The notes beneath the pieces are model-generated. The model was not told the origin of the DNA and searched no databases. It saw only the letters and a program-made list of their open reading frames with translations. Both the position numbers and the translations under genes were made by a program. A DNA stretch of 64,000 nucleotides from NCBI GenBank assembly GCA_963665095.1, contig OY762069.1, forward strand, positions 224,001 to 288,000. The letters are read 5' to 3'. This document shows, in pieces, positions 1 to 8,506 of this stretch (positions are counted from its first letter, which is position 1; each line of letters opens with the position of its first letter). This DNA is from an uncultured Desulfobacter sp. Its GTDB lineage: Bacteria > Desulfobacterota > Desulfobacteria > Desulfobacterales > Desulfobacteraceae.

Positions 1-1
1 A

Positions 2-1477
2 TGTGTCATCTATCGGCGGCGGTGTGAAGTCGGTTATATTTTTTGCCTGCTCCAGGGTTCTGGCCCGGGCAAACACAGCGCCGACACTTTCCACGGCCCG
101 GCCCATCTCCCTGTATACCGGTACGCCATGGCTTTGCAGGTGCATATGGGCCTTGCGTGCAGGGTCCATTAAACCGATAATCCAGGAGAAAAGGAACTTT
201 CCCTTTTCCCTGATGCCGGGTGCCACCTCTTCAATCCCCCACATTTCTGCTGCATTTGCGCCGTCTGAACCCGCCGTGTCATCAGTTCCCCAGTCTTCTG
301 CGGTTCCGGCGTAATAGGTGCTCACGGAGACCGCATCCACACCCGGATCATCCCGCACCGCCTCCAGGGCGGTGACATAGGCTTTTCTGGTGCCGTGCTG
401 CTCCACTGCCGGCCACAGGTCTATGGGGTTGGCCACGGGCATCCAGGCCGGATAGATGGCCTCCAGTTTTTCCCGGGTGGCTTGGGAAATTTCAGCCAGC
501 TCAAGGCCATGCTGCTCCAGAAAATCAGCGGCAATAATACCTGCCCCGCCGCTGAAGGTCAGGATGGCCACCCGTCCCTTTGTCCTGCCCCGCATGTCCG
601 GTGCATAGGAAAATGCCCGGCACAGGTCCAGCATCTGTTTGAAATCTTTGGCCTCGGTCACGCCGTACTGGGCCAGAATGCCGCTGATAAGTGCCCCGTC
701 CTGGGCCATGGAGGCTGTATGGCTGGCTGCGGCTTTTGCCCCGGCCTTGCTCTTGCCTCCCTTTAACACCACAATGGGTTTGGAGGAAGTTTTGCAGAGC
801 CCGGCAAACCGCCTGCCATTGGGAATGGATTCGAGATACATGCCAATGGTGCTGGTGTCCGGGTCTGAAATCAAATATTCAAGGATGTCGCATTCATCCA
901 CGTCGCACTTGTTGCCGATGGAGCAGACCTTGGAAACACCCATGGTCCCGTGGCTGATGGCGTCTGACAGAAAGGCGCCGGCCAGCATACCGCTTTGCAC
1001 GATGAGACTGACGGTTCCGGGGATGCGGTCCACGCTCCATATGGTGCTGGCGGTGAAAGAGAATATAGTCTTGTTGGTCAGGTCCACCATGCCCAGACAG
1101 TTTGGCCCCCACAGCCGGATGCCGGCATCTGCCGCAGCTTTGCTCACCTCTTCCTGCAGTTTTTTCCCCTCCACACCTGTTTCGGCAAAACCGGCTGACT
1201 GAATCATGACCCGTTGAATGCCCTTGAGGCCGCAGTCTGCAATGGCCTGGGGAACAAACCGGGCTGGCACAAAAACAATGGCTAAATCCACATCACCAGG
1301 AATATCTTTGACATTGGGATAGCATGTTACCTCTTGAATTTCCTTATAGTTGGGGTTGATGGGATAGACAGAACCTTTGAACCCCTTGAGCAGGTTGAGC
1401 AGGATGGACAGCCCCCCCTTGGGTTTGGGTGTGGCGCCGATAACCGCTACCGATCTGGGCTTAAAAAATTTTTCCAT
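2..1477 (-). CDS. Acetate/acyl-CoA ligase (ADP-forming) family protein, partial (runs off left edge)
   Basis: Manual translation from ATG 1477: MEKFFKPRSVAVIGATPKPKGGLSILLNLLKGFKGSVYPINP...VDLAIVFVPA...QSAGFAE...IRLWGPNCLG, a CoA-binding domain signature. Missing from the ORF track, presumably because no stop lies inside the window. Confidence 0.85.
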   Translation of the reverse strand, partial: MEKFFKPRSVAVIGATPKPKGGLSILLNLLKGFKGSVYPINPNYKEIQEVTCYPNVKDIPGDVDLAIVFVPARFVPQAIADCGLKGIQRVMIQSAGFAETGVEGKKLQEEVSKAAADAGIRLWGPNCLGMVDLTNKTIFSFTASTIWSVDRIPGTVSLIVQSGMLAGAFLSDAISHGTMGVSKVCSIGNKCDVDECDILEYLISDPDTSTIGMYLESIPNGRRFAGLCKTSSKPIVVLKGGKSKAGAKAAASHTASMAQDGALISGILAQYGVTEAKDFKQMLDLCRAFSYAPDMRGRTKGRVAILTFSGGAGIIAADFLEQHGLELAEISQATREKLEAIYPAWMPVANPIDLWPAVEQHGTRKAYVTALEAVRDDPGVDAVSVSTYYAGTAEDWGTDDTAGSDGANAAEMWGIEEVAPGIREKGKFLFSWIIGLMDPARKAHMHLQSHGVPVYREMGRAVESVGAVFARARTLEQAKNITDFTPPPIDDT

Positions 1478-1693
1478 AATGTGCCTTTGCGTTTGGGTAA
1501 TGGATTAAAACGGGAAACTTACAGGTTTGAAAATCGGTCCTGGTAAACCGGATTATACAAATCCCGGAATGCAGGCTGGGGTAAAGGGGAAAAACAGGTT
1601 GACCCGTACCGGAAATCAAAAGCCGGGGAGATATTTTTGCCGGCCCCCCCGGACATGACCCTGCACCGTGGTGTTATTAAAATGGAAAGATGG

Positions 1694-1914
1694 GTTTTGT
1701 CAATATGCCTTGATCTGCAGGCGCTTTCTGTAATCCGCCTTAACCGCTATGTTTTGAACCAGGTTTTCAACAGGTTCTGTTTTGTTCTGAACATGTTTAT
1801 CAACGTTTATCTACCACTCTTTGGTAAGTTTTGAACATGTTTTAAACCAATTTTTGAATCTGTTATCAACCTAGGGCACTTTAAATTGACATTTTTTGAA
1901 CACACTTATGAACA
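1694..1914 (+). repeat. Left copy of a diverged 221-bp direct repeat with about 10 TTWTSAACA-like 9-mers
   Basis: Begins gttttgtcaatatg, contains ccgccttaac..tatgttttgaac(c)aggttttcaaca, ends ttgac..tttttgaaca.acttatgaaca. Aligns to 44685-44905 with the same offset (42991) at both ends. Confidence 0.85.
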
Positions 1915-2017
1915 TTCGGATAACCAAGGTTTTGACTTTTTACGCGTGCATCAATTCTATTGTTGATAACAAATAGAAACTGTCCACGATCCCTGGCTTT
2001 TATTTTAAAGTTTCCCA

Positions 2018-2047
2018 TTGACATAATATAGAAAAGTCTACTATGAA
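2018..2047 (+). promoter_or_regulatory. Putative sigma70 promoter of the + strand riboswitch operon
   Basis: Perfect TTGACA at 2018-2023 with a weak -10 (tactat/tatgaa) at 2039-2047, immediately before the riboswitch. Confidence 0.5.
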
Positions 2048-2051
2048 AGGC

Positions 2052-2227
2052 CATTCAGGTACTCGAAGGAGTGAAATACTTTAACGAGTTGAAAAGGGAA
2101 CCCTGTGGAAATCAGGGACGGGCCCCGCCGCTGTAATCGGGAACAAACGCTGCAAAAATGCCACTGTGAAATTTCATGGGAAGGCGCAGTAAGTAGGATG
2201 AACCGAGAGTCAGAAGACCTGCCTGGA
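2052..2227 (+). ncRNA. Cobalamin (B12) riboswitch
   Basis: Conserved elements in order: caggt...AAAAGGGAA ccctgtggaaatcaggg acgggCCCCGCCGCTGTAA...GCCACTG...GGGAAGG...AGTCAGAAGACCTGCC (B12 box). Confidence 0.95.
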
Positions 2228-2291
2228 TAACATGGGATGCCGTACGTGGTAATGCGGAGCCCGCATGATCTTAAGGACGGAAAAAAGGGAC

Positions 2292-2331
2292 AGCCCTGGA
2301 TCGTTTGTATAAACGATTCAGGGCTTTTTTT
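2292..2331 (+). terminator. Riboswitch expression platform: intrinsic terminator/attenuator
   Basis: agccctggatcgttt-gtat-aaacgattcagggct hairpin followed by a T run, between the aptamer and the first ATG (2362). Confidence 0.85.
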
Positions 2332-2361
2332 GTTTGTAACGTGTAAACACGAGATCTGATA

Positions 2362-3117
2362 ATGAATATTCGCTGGTTGATACATACAAGCTTTGAGGGT
2401 GCCGTATTGATGTACACCCTGGCAGTGATCTTACACTTTTTCTCCGGCAAATCCAGGGGTGCGGTTCCCTGCCTGGTTCTGGGTCTTATGTTCAACGGCC
2501 TGTCCCTTGTTTTAAGATACTGGTCTTTCATCCCCCTTATGCCCCTGTTCCAGGGGCCGTTTTTTCTTCCCTTTGCCGTGGGCGTCATGGGGCTCAAATC
2601 TTATGTATCAGAAGCGCGCCGGCCCTTTTTCCTCTGGCTGGTCGCATCCCTGGCCTGGGTCTGCTATCTTTTCCCCAATGATTTCTACCTGCCCTACCTG
2701 CAGTTCAAGACCCCTTTTGCCCACGGCCTTTTTCTTTTCAGTATCATCGGGAAAGCCCTGTTTATCCTGGCAGGGGAAACAGGGCTTTCCCTGTTTTTAT
2801 GGCGGGAAAAATCCGGCCGGCCCAAAGAGATGGCCACCCGCCTTTTGTGGGGATTTTTTTTCTATACCCTGTCTGTCTTTTCCGGTGCGGTCTGGTCATG
2901 GCTGGGCTGGGGGTGCGCCCTGGTCTGGGACGACCCTGTGATTGCCGTTTCCATGGCGACCTGGCTCCTTTACGCCCTGCTGCTGCACCTCCACCTCACC
3001 CGGTTTTCAGCTCCGGCTGCCAAGGCGCTGATCCTCACGGCTGGGGCCGGCTGGATCATCTGTGCCGGTGTGATACCCGAACTTGGACCCTTCAGGACAC
3101 CGGGATGGCTGTCATGA
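2362..3117 (+). CDS. Cytochrome c assembly (CcsA/ResC-like) membrane protein
   Basis: Polytopic, with a Trp-rich WWD-like motif GAVWSWLGWGCALVWDDP followed by TWLLYALLLHLH. Confidence 0.75.
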   Translation: MNIRWLIHTSFEGAVLMYTLAVILHFFSGKSRGAVPCLVLGLMFNGLSLVLRYWSFIPLMPLFQGPFFLPFAVGVMGLKSYVSEARRPFFLWLVASLAWVCYLFPNDFYLPYLQFKTPFAHGLFLFSIIGKALFILAGETGLSLFLWREKSGRPKEMATRLLWGFFFYTLSVFSGAVWSWLGWGCALVWDDPVIAVSMATWLLYALLLHLHLTRFSAPAAKALILTAGAGWIICAGVIPELGPFRTPGWLS

Positions 3118-3962
3118 AGCTTGTTTCCCGGATCTGGCAGCTGGCCGGAAATATTTACCTGACCATGGGAATCATTGGATGCATGGTTGCGGACCTGGTT
3201 TGGGGATATGGAAAGCTCAAGGTTCACCAGGACATGTTTATCCCCATTAATGACAGGGGATTTACGGCATGGGCCGCTACCTGGGGCAGCGAGTCTCTTG
3301 CCATCACCCTCTGGCTTTTCATCCTGGTCGGGCTGATGGCACTTTTATCCATAAACACCTTTGTCTGTACTACAGACCGGGTCTTCACGCTGGTCCGTTT
3401 CCGGTACCGGTTTAAATCCTGGTGGCGTTTTTGCCTCAGATTGGGACCCCATGTCATGCACTATGCCATGCTCATCATGTTTCTGGGATACCTGGTATCC
3501 TACCTGTTCTCCGGGACCCATCTGGGAAAAATTCTTCTGCCGGAAAAAAGCATCTTCGTTAACGGGGTTAAAATCACCCTGAAGCAGATGGATATAAAAT
3601 ACTACGAGGGAACCCGGATGCCTCATCTCCAGGGACGGGTCATTGATGTCAAAGCAGCGATTCTGTTTGAAGATGCCCGGGGCAAATCGTTTCAAACCAT
3701 TGCCCATAACCGGCCGGCCATTTTCAGGGGCTTAAGCGTCCATTTAAGGGACTTCAGTCCCAAATACAAAGGCATGGGCATGGGCGGACCGCCCCGCCAA
3801 TATATCAATGTAACGGTAAAACAAGATCCCGGCATGAAATTTTATTTCGCCGGCATGGGCCTCTTTATTCTGGGTCTGTTCATGTATACCGGAGAAAAAC
3901 TGTTTGTTACCAAACCGGCTGCCGCTGCAAAGCGGGCCGTGCCGGTTGAGGAGGTGCAATGA
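3114..3962 (+). CDS. ResB/Ccs1-like membrane protein
   Basis: Start moved to ATG 3114 (ATGA overlap). Contains LLSINTFVCT, GPHVMHY, HNRPAIFRG and VKQDPGMKFYFAG plus a C-terminal TM helix, as in ResB-like proteins. Confidence 0.65.
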   Translation: MKLVSRIWQLAGNIYLTMGIIGCMVADLVWGYGKLKVHQDMFIPINDRGFTAWAATWGSESLAITLWLFILVGLMALLSINTFVCTTDRVFTLVRFRYRFKSWWRFCLRLGPHVMHYAMLIMFLGYLVSYLFSGTHLGKILLPEKSIFVNGVKITLKQMDIKYYEGTRMPHLQGRVIDVKAAILFEDARGKSFQTIAHNRPAIFRGLSVHLRDFSPKYKGMGMGGPPRQYINVTVKQDPGMKFYFAGMGLFILGLFMYTGEKLFVTKPAAAAKRAVPVEEVQ

Positions 3963-5104
3963 AGCGACATCCCGTATTCACACGGTTTGTTTTATATTAC
4001 TGTCTTGTTGTGCTCGCCGGAACCTTGGGATGTTCCCGGAATCAACAGGCAGAAGATCAGCCTGCCAAAGGAAAAGATATTGCTGAGACGACCTTTATGA
4101 GCATTGGCAGCTTTTCCGTCTCCAGCCTTTCCAACGGGACGACCCGGGTCAGGGACGGGTCAGGAAGAGAGCTGCTCCTGGTTCCAAGGCAGATGCAGGT
4201 CCCCGAGGGCACAGATCCGTCCCAGGTGGTGCGGACCCCGGTACGAAGGGTCGTGGCATACGGCTATTTTGACATCGCCATCCTCAAGGCACTGGGTGTC
4301 CTGGAAGACAGTCTGGTGGGGGTGATGGTACCCAGGGAAAAATGGATCATTCCCGAAGTGGTTAAGGGGATGGAAAGCGGCCGGATCGCCTACCTCGGTG
4401 ACTACAGTGGAATAGATATTGAACGGCTTCATCAGATCCAGCCGGACCTGGTTTTGACCTGGGATATGTCCATCATTCCCATTGCCGATGAGATGAAGGT
4501 GCCCTGCGCCATTACTACCACGCCTGTGGCCATGTGCCTGTCTGCCCGGATGAAGTTTGTCCGGTTCCTGGCCCCGTTTTTCAACAGGGAGGCAAAAGCT
4601 GAGCTCTTTTTTGACAGGATTTCCAACGCCCTGGAGCAGATCCGCATGGACACGGCAAAATCAGGATACAAACCCAAGGTCATGTGGGGGGATATCTATG
4701 AAAAAAGGGTGCTGGTGGAACCGGGCAATGCCTGGGTCGGAGAACTGGTGGAACTGGCCTTAAGCGATTACCAGTTCGAAGATGTATTCGGTACAAGCTG
4801 CATTGAAATCTCCCTGGAGCGATTTCTGGATTCCGGCCGGGACGCAGACATCTTTTTTACCTACCGGAATCCTGACAGCGGGGCCACCTCAAAGGAGGCC
4901 CTGGCCCGGGGCAACCCGCTGCTGGCAGGAATCAAGCCCATAAAAAGCGGCCGGGTCTACTCTCCGTTGCCCCACTATTATCAGTCCGGGGACAGGCTGG
5001 ACGAAATCCTTACGGATATTGCCGCCATCCTCCATCCGGAGAGCTACCCCGGTTATAAGATTCAATTTTTCAGAGAACTGCCGGACAAAGACCCCGCCTC
5101 ATAG
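3959..5104 (+). CDS. ABC substrate-binding lipoprotein (BtuF/Fe-siderophore type)
   Basis: Lipobox-like LAGTLGC, PVRRVV, QPDLVL, DIAAILHPE; directly upstream of a FecCD permease. Confidence 0.85.
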   Translation: MKRHPVFTRFVLYYCLVVLAGTLGCSRNQQAEDQPAKGKDIAETTFMSIGSFSVSSLSNGTTRVRDGSGRELLLVPRQMQVPEGTDPSQVVRTPVRRVVAYGYFDIAILKALGVLEDSLVGVMVPREKWIIPEVVKGMESGRIAYLGDYSGIDIERLHQIQPDLVLTWDMSIIPIADEMKVPCAITTTPVAMCLSARMKFVRFLAPFFNREAKAELFFDRISNALEQIRMDTAKSGYKPKVMWGDIYEKRVLVEPGNAWVGELVELALSDYQFEDVFGTSCIEISLERFLDSGRDADIFFTYRNPDSGATSKEALARGNPLLAGIKPIKSGRVYSPLPHYYQSGDRLDEILTDIAAILHPESYPGYKIQFFRELPDKDPAS

Positions 5105-5130
5105 CGGTGCAAGATTTAAGGAGTAAACCC

Positions 5131-6192
5131 ATGACAACAACCCTTGCCCCTTCTGCCGATTTTACAGGGCACCGCAGGCTGATGCTGCGGCGGCGGACCA
5201 TCAGCTTTATTGTTTTCGGACTGGTGCTTGCCATGATCATGGCTGCCAATATCATGAACGGTTCTGTCAACATCAGACTGCCTGAGCTTTTATCCATCCT
5301 CGGGGGAGGCGATGCCGACAGTGTCAACGGATTCATCATATGGAAGATCCGGCTTCCCCGCGCCATTGCAGCCGCCTTAGGGGGCGGCTACCTGGCTGTG
5401 GCAGGACTCCTGCTCCAGGTATACTTCCGCAACCCCATTGTCGGCCCCTTTATTCTGGGCATCTCCTCCGGTGCCACCCTCACTGTTTCCCTGGTCATGC
5501 TGACCTCTTTGACCCTAGGCATGACGGTACTCAATCCTTACATGGCTACCCTGGCTGCCTTTGTGGGGGCATACGGGGTCATGCTCATTGTGGTGGGTAT
5601 TGCCGGGAAGGTGAAAAACGCGGTCACCCTGCTCATCGTGGGACTGATGATGGGGTACCTCTGCGGCTCGGTCACCGCCATCCTGACGGCCTTTGCGGAA
5701 AAGGAGAAGATCAAGGGCTTCGTACTCTGGCAGCTGGGCAGCTTTTCCGGCTTCCGGTGGACGGAAATTGAAATCCTCATTATTGCCGGCGGCCTCATCT
5801 GTGTCCTGGTCTACGCTCTGTCCAAGCCGCTGAATGCGTTTCTGCTGGGAGAGGACTACGCTGCCACCATGGGGGTCAACATAAGGCTTTTCCGCCTTTT
5901 GATCCTTTTGTCCTCCTGCGCCCTGGCCGGGATGATCACCTCCATGGCAGGTCCTGTGGCCTTTGTAGGGCTGGCCGTTCCCCATATGGTGCGCCTGGCC
6001 TTCGGCACCTCGGACAACAAGACCCTGATCCCGGGCTGTATCATGGTGGGCGCCGTTGTCACCAGCCTCTGCGATTTTATTGCACGGATGATTTTTTCTC
6101 CGGTGGAGCTGCCGATTTCCGCCATTACCGCCATGTTCGGCGCTCCCATTGTCATCAGTCTGCTCATGAAGCGAAAGGTAGGACTGTCATGA
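5131..6192 (+). CDS. BtuC/FecCD-family ABC permease
   Basis: IRLPRAIAA, FRNPIVGPFILGISSGA, LGEDYAATMGV, VAFVGLAVPH motifs; RBS aaggag before ATG 5131. Confidence 0.92.
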   Translation: MTTTLAPSADFTGHRRLMLRRRTISFIVFGLVLAMIMAANIMNGSVNIRLPELLSILGGGDADSVNGFIIWKIRLPRAIAAALGGGYLAVAGLLLQVYFRNPIVGPFILGISSGATLTVSLVMLTSLTLGMTVLNPYMATLAAFVGAYGVMLIVVGIAGKVKNAVTLLIVGLMMGYLCGSVTAILTAFAEKEKIKGFVLWQLGSFSGFRWTEIEILIIAGGLICVLVYALSKPLNAFLLGEDYAATMGVNIRLFRLLILLSSCALAGMITSMAGPVAFVGLAVPHMVRLAFGTSDNKTLIPGCIMVGAVVTSLCDFIARMIFSPVELPISAITAMFGAPIVISLLMKRKVGLS

Positions 6193-7418
6193 AAAATACC
6201 CCTGTTCTGGCCACCGAGGATCTTACGGTGGGGTACCCGAAAAAGGATGTCCTCACATCCGTAAACCTGTCATTTTGCGCGGGCGAGTTCATCTCCCTTC
6301 TGGGTCCGAACGGTGTGGGAAAAAGCACCCTGCTCCGCACCCTATCCAAGCTTTTACCAAAGAGGAAAGGAGAGATATCTGTCCGGGGAAAGGCCCTTGA
6401 AAATTATACGGCGGACGCCCTGGCCAAGACCATGTCGGTCGTTCTTACCCACAAGTCCGTGCCCCCCCTGTGCCGGGTCTACGACTTTGTGGCAACCGGG
6501 CGCTACCCGCACACCAGCTGGACCGGGCATCTGACACAAAAGGATGATCAGGTCATCATGGATGCCGTGGCCATGGTCCATGCCCAGGATCTGATCCTCA
6601 GGGACATGATGACCCTGAGTGACGGGGAACGTCAGAAGGTCCTCATTGCAAGGGCACTGGCCCAGGAACCGGATATTATCCTCCTGGACGAGCCCACCAT
6701 GCACCTGGATCTCAAACACCGCATGGAAGTGATGTCCATCCTCAAGGAGATGTGCCGGACCAAGGGGATCTGCGTGGTGGCCTCCCTCCACGATATCGAA
6801 GTGGCCTCAAGAGTCTCGGACCGGGTGGTCCTGATCCGTAAAGGATGCATTAAAGGATTTGGTCCCCCCGAGGACGTTTTGGAAGAGGATACGGTTTCCG
6901 GGCTTTACGATTTTTCAGATGCCGGGTTCAGCCGGGTTCTGGGCAGCATTGAATTCAGAAGCCGGACCTCAAGGGACCGGGTCTTTGTTATCGGCGGCAT
7001 GGGCAGCGCCTCGGTTCTTTACCGATTGCTTTCCAAAAACGGTTACCAGGTGGCCACTGGTGTGCTGCTGAAAAACGACGTGGACTATCATGTGGCATCA
7101 TCTCTGAAACTCGATGCCCTGGCCCAGGACACCCTGGAAGCGGTGCTGCCTTCCAGTGTGGACAGGGCACTTGAAATGCTGAAAGGCTGCTGTGCTGTTG
7201 TGGATGCCGGCTTTGAGGCTGTCCCCCTCAACTGTGAAAATTTAAGATTGATCTCTGCGGCCAGGGCGCTTGGCAAGCCGGTATTCCGTCTCAACGGAAC
7301 CTGTCCCTGCACAAATGGCCACGCCTCGGACCGGCCTGAGGTGCCCGTGGAAATGACGGCAAATACCGAATCGGCTCTGGTGCAGTTAATCGAACGGGAA
7401 ATGGCACAGGCGTCATGA
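6189..7418 (+). CDS. BtuD/FecE-family ABC ATPase with an extra C-terminal domain
   Basis: GPNGVGKST, LSDGERQKV, LLDEPTMHLD; about 150-aa extension starting RVFVIGGMGS. Confidence 0.92.
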   Translation: MKNTPVLATEDLTVGYPKKDVLTSVNLSFCAGEFISLLGPNGVGKSTLLRTLSKLLPKRKGEISVRGKALENYTADALAKTMSVVLTHKSVPPLCRVYDFVATGRYPHTSWTGHLTQKDDQVIMDAVAMVHAQDLILRDMMTLSDGERQKVLIARALAQEPDIILLDEPTMHLDLKHRMEVMSILKEMCRTKGICVVASLHDIEVASRVSDRVVLIRKGCIKGFGPPEDVLEEDTVSGLYDFSDAGFSRVLGSIEFRSRTSRDRVFVIGGMGSASVLYRLLSKNGYQVATGVLLKNDVDYHVASSLKLDALAQDTLEAVLPSSVDRALEMLKGCCAVVDAGFEAVPLNCENLRLISAARALGKPVFRLNGTCPCTNGHASDRPEVPVEMTANTESALVQLIEREMAQAS

Positions 7419-8506
7419 TCCCTGCCTACCTGATTCTCATGCTCACGGACAGATGCAACCTGTCCTGCCAATACTGCTACCTGGGCCAAAACAAAAAATC
7501 CATGCACAACGGCAAGGAGATATCCTCCCATCTCATTGACAAGGCCCTGTCCCTGTGGTTTGCCAACAAAAACAGATGGCGGATTCAGATCACCGGCGGG
7601 GAGCCGTTCCTGGCCAGAGAGCTCCTTGAATACACGGCAAAAAAGATAAGAGACGTATCTTTCAAGTCCCCTGTCTCAGTCCAGACCAACGCTACCCTCC
7701 TGAACCACAGGGATGCGGATCTGATCAAACGGTATCATCTGGAAATCGGGGTCAGTCTTGATGGGGATCCCGACATTCAAAACAGGGTCCGGGGAAAGGC
7801 GGCCGACACATTCAGGGGGATACGCTGCCTGGAAGAGGCAAAGATCCCCTTTAACGTAACCTGTGTGGTCTCTTCGGCCAATGCGGACCGGCTCCACCGC
7901 CTGGTCCTGGCTCTGGGCGGATTCTCCATGGCCCGGGGCATCGGATTCGACCTTCTGGTCTGCAAAGGCCGGGCCATGACTTCAGGTATCAGTCCGGCCT
8001 CGCCACAGGCGCTGACAACAGGGATCCGGAAACTCAAACAGGCCCTTACCATGGTTAATGCGGGGCGCAGCACCCCACTTGTACTCCGGGAGTTGGAAAA
8101 AATCAAATCGGCCCGCCGCGGCATCCGGCCGTCAGCATTCTGCCATGCCGCCAGTGGCAAGAGCCTTCTGGTCTCTCCGGGCGGAGAGCTTTACCCCTGC
8201 TCCCAGACCGCCTTTGACCCGGCCTTTTACCTGGGAACCCTGGAAAATAACCAAACGCAATCCAAGGCGGCTGCCGGAAGCGGAAAGCGGCCTCAGTGGC
8301 CCACTTTAGAAGAAAGAGCAAAAAATTTGTGTCCCTCCTGCAGCCTGAACGCCTGCTGCCAGGGGGAATGCCCCAGCCGTCTGTACTACGGCAACACAGG
8401 GGAAACGCCACTGGCCTGTACCCTGTATCAGGCCCTGGCGGACAATGAATCCAACAGGACGAGAACACGGGCTGCGGCCCGGCAATATCGAAAGGAACCC
8501 ATCTGA
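7415..8506 (+). CDS. Radical SAM / SPASM-domain protein
   Basis: CNLSCQYC, TGGEP, VSLDG; C-terminal Cys pattern FC...YPC...CPSCSLNACCQGECP...C. Confidence 0.9.
   Translation: MIPAYLILMLTDRCNLSCQYCYLGQNKKSMHNGKEISSHLIDKALSLWFANKNRWRIQITGGEPFLARELLEYTAKKIRDVSFKSPVSVQTNATLLNHRDADLIKRYHLEIGVSLDGDPDIQNRVRGKAADTFRGIRCLEEAKIPFNVTCVVSSANADRLHRLVLALGGFSMARGIGFDLLVCKGRAMTSGISPASPQALTTGIRKLKQALTMVNAGRSTPLVLRELEKIKSARRGIRPSAFCHAASGKSLLVSPGGELYPCSQTAFDPAFYLGTLENNQTQSKAAAGSGKRPQWPTLEERAKNLCPSCSLNACCQGECPSRLYYGNTGETPLACTLYQALADNESNRTRTRAAARQYRKEPI

Noticed and set aside
1411..1420. G7 homopolymer in the acyl-CoA ligase as a frameshift
   Set aside because: Manual translation stays in frame (KGGL).
1752..1914. 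9-mer arrays as CRISPR
   Set aside because: The units are too short and degenerate, spacers are only 2-23 bp, and there are no cas genes.
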